DNA of 30,333 bases from Bdellovibrio sp. (GCA_046318155.1 JBKCUU010000066.1:1-30333), one strand, 5' to 3'; counted from the first letter of the stretch, positions 1-8,855 are shown. A program made the numbers and translations. The notes: generated from the letters alone by a model not told the origin.

Positions 1-143
1 CCTTGCTGGCTACAAAATGACGTACTCGAAAAAGCTCCTCGACGTGGCTTTAGCCACGCCTCCGGGGCTTTTTCTCTGTGCGCCATTTTTCGCTCAGCAA
101 TTCCATCGCCCACTGCGCCTTTATTTATGCGTTAGTCAATAGC
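1..143 (-). repeat. Palindromic dispersed repeat (REP/MITE-like), copy 1, probably truncated by the window edge
   Basis: Long imperfect hairpin centred on CGTGGCT-TT-AGCCACG (43-58). Outer arms GAAAAAGCTCC(28-38)/GGGGCTTTTTC(64-74), AAAATGACGTAC(14-25)/GTGCGCCATTTT(78-89) and TTGCTG/CAGCAA. The reverse complement of 72-143 matches 9029-9100 at 64/72 positions without gaps. Confidence 0.85.
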
Positions 144-1383
144 CCAACCAGAGCTTGCGGTAACGCAAGTCCGGGTCGTACAAGGCCGCTTGTTTTTGGG
201 TGTCAAAGGCACGGTCTCTGGCGTCTTGACCTGCTCCCGCCTGATAAGCCCAATTCCCCCAGTTGCTGCAGGGATCGTAGTCAATAAGTTGCTGTTCGAA
301 ATAGGCCGCGCCCCGGCGCCAGTCAACTCCAAGTTGTTTGCACAGATAGCTGGCGACGTTTTGCCGGCCGCGATTGGACATCCAACCCGTTTGGCTGAGC
401 TCGCGCATATTGGCATTCACAAAATCATCTTCGGTCAGGCCCTGGCACCAACGATCAAAGAGATCATCCACCTCTAAAGTCTTCACGGGCGGCAGGCGGT
501 TCACTTTTGTTTTGCCGACAAAAAACTGAGCACCCCATTTTTGCGCGATGAGACGAAAGTAGTCTCTCCACAAAAGTTCAAAGAACAGCCAGTAAGTCGA
601 TTCATTGCGAACGCGATTTTCTTCATAGCGCTGGATCTCGGCAAAAACGAAACGTGCCGAAAGTGCGCCAACGGCCAACCAAGGAGAGATTTTTGAAGAG
701 TCATTCCAATTCAGCAGGCCGTTTCGCGTCTGTTTGTAGGATTTCAGCGCATCGGCGGCCCAAATGTAGTCGTGCACGCGGCTTAAGCCAAAACTCTCAC
801 CACCACGAAGCTGCAGATGCGGCCGCACCGAAGTCTTCAAAAAATCGGCCGGCAAAGGGCATAGCAACTCGATTTCCGTCGACTCCCAGGATGGGAGATT
901 GAGAGGATCTGCTGCGGGAGGATCAATCCTTAAGGTGGGCTCGACCGATGTTCTAAATTTGGTAAACGATTCGGGCACGGCAGAGATCGTCATCGGCAGA
1001 TTGTCAGGGGCAATCAAGGCGCCGGTGTCACGGGTCACGATCGGAAGTCCGAGCTCCCGAACTCGCTGCTCGTCTTCGAGCTCTTCGTGCGTGATCGCCG
1101 ATGAGAAATAAATTTTTTGGACTTGGGTTTTCTCCAGCAGAGCCGGAAACAAGTCTTGGACTGGCAGGTGACTGATCAGACAAACGGCACCACGGTCTTG
1201 TGCTTTCTTCTGAAACTCAAGCACACTGGCAAGAATAAACTGCCGGCGGCGCGGACCCGCTCGCGAGAAAGATCGTGTGGGAGTCCAAATAAAAAAACCA
1301 TGCTCGCATTCTTCGCTAAATTGCCTTAGAACGGGATGATCGTGAAAGCGCAAATCGTCGCGCAGCCAGAACAGACCTTTCAC
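136..1383 (-). CDS. Cryptochrome DASH / DNA photolyase family flavoprotein
   Basis: N-terminal WLRDDLRFHDHP; FAD-binding region SSKISPWLAVG, ELLWRDYF, TGWMSNRGRQNVAS, DYDPCSNWGNWAYQAGAGQDAR and QAALYDP, typical of the DASH subfamily. The GTG start overlaps the upstream stop (GTGA). Confidence 0.9.
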   Translation of the reverse strand: MKGLFWLRDDLRFHDHPVLRQFSEECEHGFFIWTPTRSFSRAGPRRRQFILASVLEFQKKAQDRGAVCLISHLPVQDLFPALLEKTQVQKIYFSSAITHEELEDEQRVRELGLPIVTRDTGALIAPDNLPMTISAVPESFTKFRTSVEPTLRIDPPAADPLNLPSWESTEIELLCPLPADFLKTSVRPHLQLRGGESFGLSRVHDYIWAADALKSYKQTRNGLLNWNDSSKISPWLAVGALSARFVFAEIQRYEENRVRNESTYWLFFELLWRDYFRLIAQKWGAQFFVGKTKVNRLPPVKTLEVDDLFDRWCQGLTEDDFVNANMRELSQTGWMSNRGRQNVASYLCKQLGVDWRRGAAYFEQQLIDYDPCSNWGNWAYQAGAGQDARDRAFDTQKQAALYDPDLRYRKLWLGY

Positions 1384-1766
1384 GTCTGATCTCGCTTTAA
1401 CTTGAGACGGATCGGCCCCCGAAAGTCAGACGGGTCGACTTCACGCCCCTTTTGCAGAATCAAAATTTTACCCTGATGCACCAGGCGGCGGGCGGCCTGC
1501 CGCACAAGTTCCATGTGCTCGGGGTCTTGCTTCAGATAATCCTCAAGAACTTCGGATGGACAAATGGTCGAGCTCGCGGGCCGCTTTACGAGTACGGTTA
1601 AAATTTTTTCTTCAAACCCCAGGTGTTTTGTTTTTTTTGAGCGCCGACACTGATCGCTGCAAAATTTGATTTCGTCCCAATTCTTGGCCCAGCGGGCCCG
1701 CCACTCAATCTTTCGTCCACAGAGTTCACAGTTTTTGTTCTCAACCTTTGTTGAACTCAAAGGCAC
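1380..1766 (-). CDS. DUF2256 + DUF3253 domain fusion protein
   Basis: N-terminal CxxCGR.IEWR.RWAKNWDEIKFCSDQCRR (DUF2256, Zn-finger-like). C-terminal STICPSEV...VRQAARRLVHQGKI.ILQKG..VDP..FRGPIRL (DUF3253). The start may instead be TTG at 1760, overlapping the upstream TGA. Confidence 0.85.
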   Translation of the reverse strand: MPLSSTKVENKNCELCGRKIEWRARWAKNWDEIKFCSDQCRRSKKTKHLGFEEKILTVLVKRPASSTICPSEVLEDYLKQDPEHMELVRQAARRLVHQGKILILQKGREVDPSDFRGPIRLKLKRDQT

Positions 1767-2695
1767 CCCGCCAACGCCTCGGCCGAGCGAACTGCACCCA
1801 GCACGCTTGATGATCCGAAACCGTCACCCGCAAGAAAAATCGGGGTCGCCGTGGGCAAACGATAAAAAGGCTGTGAAAGAGGGGCGTCAGCATGACTGAA
1901 ACGCCATTTTTTAAGACCTCGCCCGACGACGCTTTGGCCGGCCGGCATCTCGTCCTCAAGCAAAATTTGAATTTGATTTAAGATCAAGTCCTCGGGCTGA
2001 TCAAAATTTTTCAAACTGAACTGAGGATTCATCACAACCGTGAGCGCCGAGACCGGACTGATGCCTTTTTGACCATTGTCAGAGATCGAGTAAATCTCGC
2101 CGGATCGAGCTTGGAATCCCGAGACCCAGGATGCCGGGCCCAAGGTTTCAAACAATCCAACAAGAGCCGACGCGTAGGTCACCTGGTCGAGCGCGGGATC
2201 ATAGGTCAATTGGGAATCGCGCAGCAGAGCCAAGCTTTGTGGCAGCGGACAAGTCAGCACCAGTTTTTCGGCCATGACCGCGCCTCCCGACTCAAAACAG
2301 AGCTTGAGCCCTGCTCCTAGAAGTTCGATACGCACCACTTTGTGATCAAAAAGTATCTCGTGGCCGACTGCGAGTGATTTCGCAATCGCAGTCATCCCTG
2401 TCCTGGCCGAGAAGCAGGCCTGGTCTTGATTGTTTGTAAACCACAACCGGACGGTTTCGTCCTCGACGAGTGTTTTGTGCCAAAACGGTTCTCGGCCCGG
2501 CGGCGCCTTGTAAAATTGCGCGCCATGATCAAAGACGCCCGCACCTCGTCGCCGGGTCGCCAGGCGACCACCGACTGATTTTGATTTTTCGATTATCAAG
2601 GAATTGATTTTCTTTTCACGACGAAGAAATTCAGCAAGACTAAGTCCACAAACTCCAGCGCCGACAATGGCGAGCGGTGTGCTTTTAAAACTCAT
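1757..2695 (-). CDS. Renalase-like FAD-dependent oxidoreductase
   Basis: IVGAGVCGL dinucleotide-binding motif, EKSKSVGGRLATRR, FDHGAQFY, KWRFS and LAGDGF...GAVRSA. Start placed at ATG 2695 (ATGA overlap with the DoxX-like stop). Confidence 0.85.
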   Translation of the reverse strand: MSFKSTPLAIVGAGVCGLSLAEFLRREKKINSLIIEKSKSVGGRLATRRRGAGVFDHGAQFYKAPPGREPFWHKTLVEDETVRLWFTNNQDQACFSARTGMTAIAKSLAVGHEILFDHKVVRIELLGAGLKLCFESGGAVMAEKLVLTCPLPQSLALLRDSQLTYDPALDQVTYASALVGLFETLGPASWVSGFQARSGEIYSISDNGQKGISPVSALTVVMNPQFSLKNFDQPEDLILNQIQILLEDEMPAGQSVVGRGLKKWRFSHADAPLSQPFYRLPTATPIFLAGDGFGSSSVLGAVRSAEALAGCL

Positions 2696-3033
2696 GCAAT
2701 GCTCTCGATAAAAATGTAAGCATTTAATGTACAAAAAAAGAGCGCAGGTGCCGCTTGTCGCAAGGAGTCGCGGATCAAAAGCCTGACCCCAGCGCCCATT
2801 AACATCAGGACAGCAAGTCCCAGCGAAGCCGCCGAGGTCAGATAAGGAAGAAAGAGCCCCGCCGTTAAGCCGAGCGCCCCCATGATTTGCAAAAAACCTG
2901 TCAACATCCTGTACTGCCCAAGCCCGTACCTCGCAAATTCAGCAACCATCTTCTTCGTCGTCATACAACTTGCACCGTAGATCAGAAAGGCTAAGATCGA
3001 GAGGCCCTGAGCGGATAAAAATAGTTGATTCAT
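2692..3033 (-). CDS. DoxX-like family membrane protein
   Basis: 113 aa with about 4 hydrophobic segments; EFARYGL...[13 protein letters not shown] and LMLMGAGVR...D...APA motifs. GAGGT SD upstream. Confidence 0.75.
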   Translation of the reverse strand: MNQLFLSAQGLSILAFLIYGASCMTTKKMVAEFARYGLGQYRMLTGFLQIMGALGLTAGLFLPYLTSAASLGLAVLMLMGAGVRLLIRDSLRQAAPALFFCTLNAYIFIESIA

Positions 3034-3076
3034 TCGGGCGACCTCAGTTTCTCAACGACGAACAAGGAGAACTCTC

Positions 3077-3454
3077 ATGATCCTCACACAAATTCTACAA
3101 ATCCTGATTGCCCTGGGCCTTCTCAATGTGTGGCTGCTCCGGTCTTCAAAGGGCACGGCCTATCGAGGCGGAGCGGCAAGCAATCTCAAAGACGAGTTTT
3201 TGGTCTACGGCCTTCCAACTTGGAGCTACTACCTCGTCGGCGCACTCAAACTTGGCAGTGCGGGCGTTTTGCTGGCGACCTTGTTTTTAAAATGGCCTCC
3301 AGGTGTTCGGGGTGCAGCGGCCCTCGTTGCCGTCCTGATGCTTGGGGCGCTGGCCATGCACTTTAAAGTTAAGGATCCACTGTCAAAATCAGGCCCTGCC
3401 CTGGCGATGCTCCTGATGACCTCCATTTTGGTGTTCCTGACCTCTACTTATTAA
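3077..3454 (+). CDS. DoxX-like family membrane protein
   Basis: AAGGAG SD; NVWLLR...TAYRGG.A.NLKDEF.VYGLP and [19 protein letters not shown]; about 4 TM segments. Confidence 0.8.
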   Translation: MILTQILQILIALGLLNVWLLRSSKGTAYRGGAASNLKDEFLVYGLPTWSYYLVGALKLGSAGVLLATLFLKWPPGVRGAAALVAVLMLGALAMHFKVKDPLSKSGPALAMLLMTSILVFLTSTY

Positions 3455-3478
3455 GAGCCTAAAAGAATTGCCTTTGGC

Positions 3479-4918
3479 ATGGTTCATAGTAGTATGAACT
3501 ATATGGAAAATCAAGTTAAAACCTGGGACACGCTTTCTCTTGACGCTCCCATCACCATCGTGATCGCGGGCGCCAGCGGCTATATTGGAAAGGAGCTGAT
3601 CGCCAGCCTTCTTGAAAAATTTCCGAAGGCTCAAATCACGGCTCTGTCGAGATCAGCACAACCCTCAGATGACCCCCGGGTTCAGTGGAAGCCCTGCGAC
3701 CTTTTTTCGCTCAAGTCTTTAGAGGCTGCTCTCCCGCCTCAGATTGATTTCGCTTACTACCTTGTTCACTCGATGAGCCCAACGGCCCAGCTGGATCAAG
3801 GCTCCTTCGCTGATTATGACCTTCTTTTGGCCGATAACTTTTGCCGAGCCCTTAAGCGCTCGGGACTTCGACAATTGGTGTATTTGGGTGGCCTGATTCC
3901 TGAAGGAGTTCAGCTCTCGCTCCACTTGCAATCGCGCCTGGAAATCGAAGAGACATTTACAGAACACAAAATCCCAACGACAGTCCTGCGGGCCGGTTTA
4001 ATCTTGGGTGAATCGGGATCTTCATCTCAGATTTTGATTAAACTTGTGCAGAGGCTCCCGGTCATGATTTGCCCGCATTGGACCCAAACCATGACGACGC
4101 CCGTGGATCTTCAGACCGTCTTGGTTGGCCTTTTATCGGTACTAAACTCGAGAGAGCACACGAACAAAGTTTTTGATTTGGCTGGCTGCGAGCCTCTGAC
4201 CTACGCCGACATGATGAGGCAAACCGCGAGGCGCATGGGCCTGCGGCGTTGGTTCATTCCGGTTCCTTTTTTTACGCCGACCCTGTCGCGCCTTTGGGTG
4301 AGCTTGATCACCAACTCGCCAAAAAGTCTGGTGTACCCCTTGGTCGAATCACTTGAGCACCCGATGCTCGCGCGGGCGGCTCACCTCCTGAATCGGACCG
4401 AGAGCAATCGCACTTATATGATGCTCCTCGAAAAGGCCTCGTTAAAACCCAAATCCCGGCGATCAATTTATCAGTTCAGGGCAAAAAGAAAAACGGTGCG
4501 CTCGGTCCAACGTCTACCGCTCGATTGCGACAAAGACGCTCAGTGGATCAAAGACCATTACTCCTCCTGGTTACCACGATTTTTGAAGCCCTTTATCTTG
4601 GTTCGACAAAAGGGCGACACGACGCAGTTTTATTTTTGGGGCCTGCGGGTTTGCTTGCTTGAGCTGCGCCTCAGCACAGAGAGAAGCAATCCAGACCGGC
4701 AACTTCTTTACATCACCAGAGGTCTCTTGGTCGCCAAAAACAACTCGGGGAGGCTCGAATTCAGAGTTGTCCTGGGCCGCCGCTATGTGATTGCGGCCAT
4801 TCACGATTTTACGCCTGCACTGCCCTGGTTCATTTACAAATACACCCAAGCAAAGCTTCACCTCTTGGTCATGAACTCTTTCCGAAAGAATCTCGAGCTG
4901 CGAATGCGACCTAAGTGA
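3479..4918 (+). CDS. NAD(P)H-binding atypical SDR (YbjT-like) with C-terminal extension
   Basis: IAGASGYIG Rossmann motif, AYYLVHSM, VYLGGL, HLQSRLEIE, LRAGLILG and LVESLEH. The true start could be ATG 3494 or 3503. Confidence 0.8.
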   Translation: MVHSSMNYMENQVKTWDTLSLDAPITIVIAGASGYIGKELIASLLEKFPKAQITALSRSAQPSDDPRVQWKPCDLFSLKSLEAALPPQIDFAYYLVHSMSPTAQLDQGSFADYDLLLADNFCRALKRSGLRQLVYLGGLIPEGVQLSLHLQSRLEIEETFTEHKIPTTVLRAGLILGESGSSSQILIKLVQRLPVMICPHWTQTMTTPVDLQTVLVGLLSVLNSREHTNKVFDLAGCEPLTYADMMRQTARRMGLRRWFIPVPFFTPTLSRLWVSLITNSPKSLVYPLVESLEHPMLARAAHLLNRTESNRTYMMLLEKASLKPKSRRSIYQFRAKRKTVRSVQRLPLDCDKDAQWIKDHYSSWLPRFLKPFILVRQKGDTTQFYFWGLRVCLLELRLSTERSNPDRQLLYITRGLLVAKNNSGRLEFRVVLGRRYVIAAIHDFTPALPWFIYKYTQAKLHLLVMNSFRKNLELRMRPK

Positions 4919-5022
4919 TAGAAGACTTCCCTCTTCACTTAAAAAGAATAAACTTTATGCTTTTATTGACTTGAGGAATGTTTCGTTTTTTGCCATGCTG
5001 GCGTCTTTACAAGGAGCCCTCT

Positions 5023-6063
5023 TTGGCCACGACACTGTTTCCTTTTGCTGAATATTGGTGGTTTTACGCAAGCTTCATCGTCTTTGTCTTGGGTGTGCTC
5101 GCTTTGGATTTGGGTGTCTTTCACAAAAATGCCCATGAAGTGTCTTTTAAAGAAGCCGCAATTTGGACAGCCGTTTGGATCGGTTTGGCACTGGTCTTTA
5201 ACATCTTGTTTTACAAATATTCGCAATGGATTTTCACAACGGACCCCCGCTACCTTGCCATCCCAGGATTTGATCCTGAACAGCAAGCCAAAACGACCGC
5301 GCTCGAGTTCTTAACTGGTTTTGTCGTCGAAAAGTCGCTTGCGATCGACAACATTTTTATTTTTGCTGTGGTTTTTGGTTATTTTGCGATTCCAAAAATT
5401 TACCAGCACCGCATTTTGTTTTGGGGAATCCTTGGCGCCCTGCTTTTCCGCGGGATTTTTATCGCTTTAGGCTCCGTGCTCATGCGTTACGAATGGGTTG
5501 TCATGTTCTTCGGAGGACTCTTGATCTTTACTGGGTTCAAGATGTACTTCGCCGGGACCGAAGAGGCCGATCTCAGCAAAAATGTGGTGATCAAACTCTT
5601 GCGTAAAGTCTTTCGAATTCACCCCAAGATCGAAGGGCAACAGTTTTTTATTAAAATTAACGGCCTCACCTATGTCACTCCTCTTTTTGTTGCGCTTCTT
5701 TTCCTAGAATTAACTGACATCGTCTTCGCCGTCGACTCTGTTCCCGCAATTTTTGCCCTGACCAAGGAACCCCTCATCGTCTTTACTTCTAATATTTTTG
5801 CGATTCTTGGATTGCGATCGATGTACTTTATGCTTGCAGGTGTTATGGACCGCTTTGTCTACATTAAGTACGGCCTGGCTTCGGTTTTGATTTTTGTTGG
5901 CGCCAAGATGGTTTACTTGAACCACGCCTTCGGCGGCAAGTTCCCCATCACCTGGTCACTCAGTATCATCGCCTTTTTGATCGGCTCATCAGTCATCGCT
6001 TCAATTTTGGTTGATGCCCGAAAGCGAAAGCGTGAGGCCGCTCATCTCGAGACCCGGTTATAA
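5023..6063 (+). CDS. TerC/Alx family integral membrane protein
   Basis: LALDLGVFHK, EFLTGFVVEKSLAIDNIFIF, QHRILFWGILGAL, ELTDIVFAVDSVPAIFA and FTSNIFAILGLRSMYF. Start placed at TTG 5023, 6 nt after AAGGAG (5011-5016). Confidence 0.9.
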   Translation: MATTLFPFAEYWWFYASFIVFVLGVLALDLGVFHKNAHEVSFKEAAIWTAVWIGLALVFNILFYKYSQWIFTTDPRYLAIPGFDPEQQAKTTALEFLTGFVVEKSLAIDNIFIFAVVFGYFAIPKIYQHRILFWGILGALLFRGIFIALGSVLMRYEWVVMFFGGLLIFTGFKMYFAGTEEADLSKNVVIKLLRKVFRIHPKIEGQQFFIKINGLTYVTPLFVALLFLELTDIVFAVDSVPAIFALTKEPLIVFTSNIFAILGLRSMYFMLAGVMDRFVYIKYGLASVLIFVGAKMVYLNHAFGGKFPITWSLSIIAFLIGSSVIASILVDARKRKREAAHLETRL

Positions 6064-7046
6064 ACCGGGTCGTAGTACCACATCAGTAACTTGCGAATCC
6101 AGATGCGGTTCGACTCAAGCCCACCACCCAAGACAAACTGCTTCTGTGAAAAATCAAGGTCTTGCATAATCTCTTCAGCACGCTGCCCACCCAGTTTTTT
6201 CGAAATCGCCAAAACAGCCTGGCGAAATTGATCGAACCGATCTGCGTCCCCACGCTGACCTAAGCTTGAGGCGAACACGTAATCCTGAAGAATATTTTGC
6301 ACTCGAGTCTCGAAGTCCACATGGAGAACAATTTTTGGACTGCTTCGCATTTTTGCAAACAGCGCCTCAGGGATATGCCGGTGTCCAATCATCCGGCTTT
6401 CATTTTCAATGAGAATCGGCTCTTGGCTTTGAGGCAGCCTTAACATTTGAACGGCCAGGCGGTTCTCAAAATCAACTTGAGTCGGCTGAGGCACCTCGCG
6501 AGCACCAAATGCCGAGCCTCTATGGGACGCCAGTTCTTCGAGGTCCAAATAGACACGGCCTTGCGATCGCAGGTACTGTGTTTTACCCGAGCCCGTGGGT
6601 CCACTCACCACCAAAAACTGGCGTATTGAAGCTTCAGTCTGGAGCGATTCGAGCAAGACCTGCCGAACCGCCTTGTAGCCCCCCGCAATCAGAGGCCGGT
6701 CAACCCCATGTTCGCTGAGCCAGCGCTGAACGATTTGCGAACGCAAGCCGCCGCGAAAACAAAAAATCACTGCCTCGGGTGTCTTTTTAATTTGCTCAAT
6801 CCAGGCCTTGATTCTTTGACCTCGAATCGCCCCACTCACAAGCCAATGTCCCAAATCGATGGCGGCTTGCGGACCTTGCTCTTTGTAAACGGTCCCGACT
6901 TGCCGGCGTTCATCATCGATGAGCAACGGAAGATTCACAGCACCTGGCAAGGACCCTGCGGCAAACTCGACGGGAGCCCGAACATCAATTAAAGTTGTCG
7001 ATCGCCGAAAAAGCTCGGCAAGTTCAGAGCGCGCCAGGTGGTTCAT
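6042..7046 (-). CDS. mnmH: tRNA 2-selenouridine(34) synthase
   Basis: Rhodanese domain (IDVRAPVEF, CFRGGLRS, GGYK) plus P-loop GPTGSGKT, LEELASHRGSAFG, QPTQVDFEN, ENESRMIG and YYDP. Coupled to selD by an ATGA overlap. Also called selU. Confidence 0.93.
   Translation of the reverse strand: MNHLARSELAELFRRSTTLIDVRAPVEFAAGSLPGAVNLPLLIDDERRQVGTVYKEQGPQAAIDLGHWLVSGAIRGQRIKAWIEQIKKTPEAVIFCFRGGLRSQIVQRWLSEHGVDRPLIAGGYKAVRQVLLESLQTEASIRQFLVVSGPTGSGKTQYLRSQGRVYLDLEELASHRGSAFGAREVPQPTQVDFENRLAVQMLRLPQSQEPILIENESRMIGHRHIPEALFAKMRSSPKIVLHVDFETRVQNILQDYVFASSLGQRGDADRFDQFRQAVLAISKKLGGQRAEEIMQDLDFSQKQFVLGGGLESNRIWIRKLLMWYYDPVYNRVSR
6051..6071. terminator. Perfect 9-bp inverted repeat at the convergent terC/mnmH junction
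   Basis: GACCCGGTT-ATA-AACCGGGTC. There is no U-tract, so the terminator role is only tentative. Confidence 0.3.
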
Positions 7047-8095
7047 AAAAAATAAAGAGGCCGCGGCTGAGGTTTTGTGACAATCCCGACGGTTCGAGCG
7101 GCCGCAAAACGGGCTCTGAGGCTAGCGAGAACCTGATCGACAAAGGTGGGATCGACCGCGAGTAAAAGACCCCCACTCGTCTGGGGATCAAAAACTAATT
7201 GCTGCGAACCCGAGTCGATGTTGTTGAATTCAGCATGATCCCGGACGTATTCACTATTTGTTCGGTGAGCTTTAGTCAAAAATCCTTTGGACAAAAACTC
7301 ATGAGCACGCTCAAACCGGGGCACTTGCGAGAGCTCGATCTCAAAAGAGACCGCGCTCGCCCGCGCCATGTTCAGGGCGTGGCCCGCAAATCCAAAACCG
7401 GTAATGTCGGTGGCGGCATGGATGGCGCCCAAAAGTTCTGCCGAGAGCTGCGATGGAACATCATTGAGTAAACACATACTTTGCAAGGCATCTTGAATTT
7501 GCGATTCATTGACTTCGCCTCGCTTGAGCGCAGCCGTCAGCGTCCCGGTCCCCAGTGGCTTTGTTAAAATCAAAACATCACCGGCACGCGCGCCCGCATT
7601 GGACCAAACGCGGTCCGGATGAACAAAACCCGTCACCGACAGACCAAACTTCATCGTGTCATCATCGATGGTATGCCCGCCGACAAAACAAGCGCTGGCT
7701 TCGGCAATAAGATCTGAGGCGCCCTGCAAGACTTCGACGGCGACCGAGTTATCGAGCACACCCAACGGAAACGCAAAGATCGCCATGGCGGTCATGGGCT
7801 TACCCCCCATGGCGTAAATGTCACTGAGTGCATTGGCCGAGGCAATCTTGCCAAAGAGGGCTGGACTGTCGACGATGGGCGTGAAGAAATCGAGGGTTTG
7901 AACGAGAGCCAATTCGGGAGAGACCTTGAAAATAGCGGCATCATCAAAGGTGCCCGAGTCGATCAAGAGTGCAGGTAGGGGCGGCGGAAACCGCACCTGC
8001 GATAAGATTTGACGGAGCTCGAGGGCCGCGACTTTCGCCGCACAGCCCCCTTTTTGAACCGTCTGAGTCAGGCGAAGAGGCAGTGTTTGTTCCAT
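7043..8095 (-). CDS. selD: Selenide, water dikinase (selenophosphate synthetase), Cys form
   Basis: GGCAAK (TGT Cys codon), DDAA, QTLDFFTPIVD, ANALSDIYAMGG, GGHTI, LTKPLGTG, TDITGFG and DPQTSGGLL. Confidence 0.95.
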   Translation of the reverse strand: MEQTLPLRLTQTVQKGGCAAKVAALELRQILSQVRFPPPLPALLIDSGTFDDAAIFKVSPELALVQTLDFFTPIVDSPALFGKIASANALSDIYAMGGKPMTAMAIFAFPLGVLDNSVAVEVLQGASDLIAEASACFVGGHTIDDDTMKFGLSVTGFVHPDRVWSNAGARAGDVLILTKPLGTGTLTAALKRGEVNESQIQDALQSMCLLNDVPSQLSAELLGAIHAATDITGFGFAGHALNMARASAVSFEIELSQVPRFERAHEFLSKGFLTKAHRTNSEYVRDHAEFNNIDSGSQQLVFDPQTSGGLLLAVDPTFVDQVLASLRARFAAARTVGIVTKPQPRPLYFL

Positions 8096-8101
8096 GTTTC
8101 T

Positions 8102-8130
8102 TTTATAGGCGAGTTCGCCGAGGCCTGCAA
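8102..8130 (-). promoter_or_regulatory. Putative sigma70 promoter giving a leaderless selD-mnmH transcript
   Basis: Minus strand TTGCAG-N17-TATAAA, then AGAAAC and the ATG; no SD. The spacer contains the palindrome GGCGA-GT-TCGCC (8108-8119). Confidence 0.5.
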
Positions 8131-8171
8131 AGAACTATCGTTCCTAAATTTGAATTGTGATAGATTTTGAC

Positions 8172-8792
8172 ATGCTTGGAACTTGGTTGATCGCACTGCT
8201 CTTTTCATTTTCTTATGGCGCAGGCGCGGGCTTGGATTATTGGGAGAAGTCGCCAGCGCTCTGGAAGAAGCTCACCGAAGAGCGCGTGATCTTAGTTTCG
8301 GCTAAAAATGAAGACGGCGTGACTCAATCAAAGGGCGCAGGCCTCGTGCATGCAAGCGTCATCGACGTCTGGAACTTTGCGACAGATACCGAAAAAATCA
8401 AAAACTCGAGCCGCTTTCTCAAGAATTTTACTTGGAATAAAGACACCGGCCAGATCGACATGCAGATCGAAATTCTTTCGGTCAGTTACCGACTTCGCGG
8501 AACGGCCAAACAAATCCCCGACGCTCACAATCCCAAAATCGAGCTCGCCGTTCATGAAGGAAACCTCATCCCATTTACAGCGGTTCTTGAAATGCGATCC
8601 GCGCAGTCGCAAGGACTGCGTCAGGGTGCGCCCGGCTTCGCTGAGGACCATACCCTCGTCCGCATTCACGGAACCAGCTCCAAAGACCGAGCGCTGTCGT
8701 GGCCCCTTCGGGTGGCCCTCGAAGCTGTCTTACAGCGGACCGCGGGTTACTTACGAACGGCCGTCGAAGAAGAGAAATCAAAGTCAAACTAA
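8172..8792 (+). CDS. Exported hypothetical protein, possible SRPBCC/START-like ligand-binding fold
   Basis: Signal-peptide-like MLGTWLIALLFSFSYGA. The segment GLVHASVIDVWNFATD.E resembles an SRPBCC N-terminal strand-helix, and there is a long C-terminal helix. Fold call is tentative. Confidence 0.6.
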   Translation: MLGTWLIALLFSFSYGAGAGLDYWEKSPALWKKLTEERVILVSAKNEDGVTQSKGAGLVHASVIDVWNFATDTEKIKNSSRFLKNFTWNKDTGQIDMQIEILSVSYRLRGTAKQIPDAHNPKIELAVHEGNLIPFTAVLEMRSAQSQGLRQGAPGFAEDHTLVRIHGTSSKDRALSWPLRVALEAVLQRTAGYLRTAVEEEKSKSN

Positions 8793-8855
8793 CAAGCTCG
8801 CATCTGGTGGTTGGGGCTTAAAATCCACCTTTTTGAGGTGCCCCGACAAAAGGAG

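Noticed and set aside
8030..8060. SelD as a selenoprotein (UGA recoding)
   Set aside because: The active-site codon is TGT (Cys) in an uninterrupted ORF, and no selA, selB or selC is in the window.
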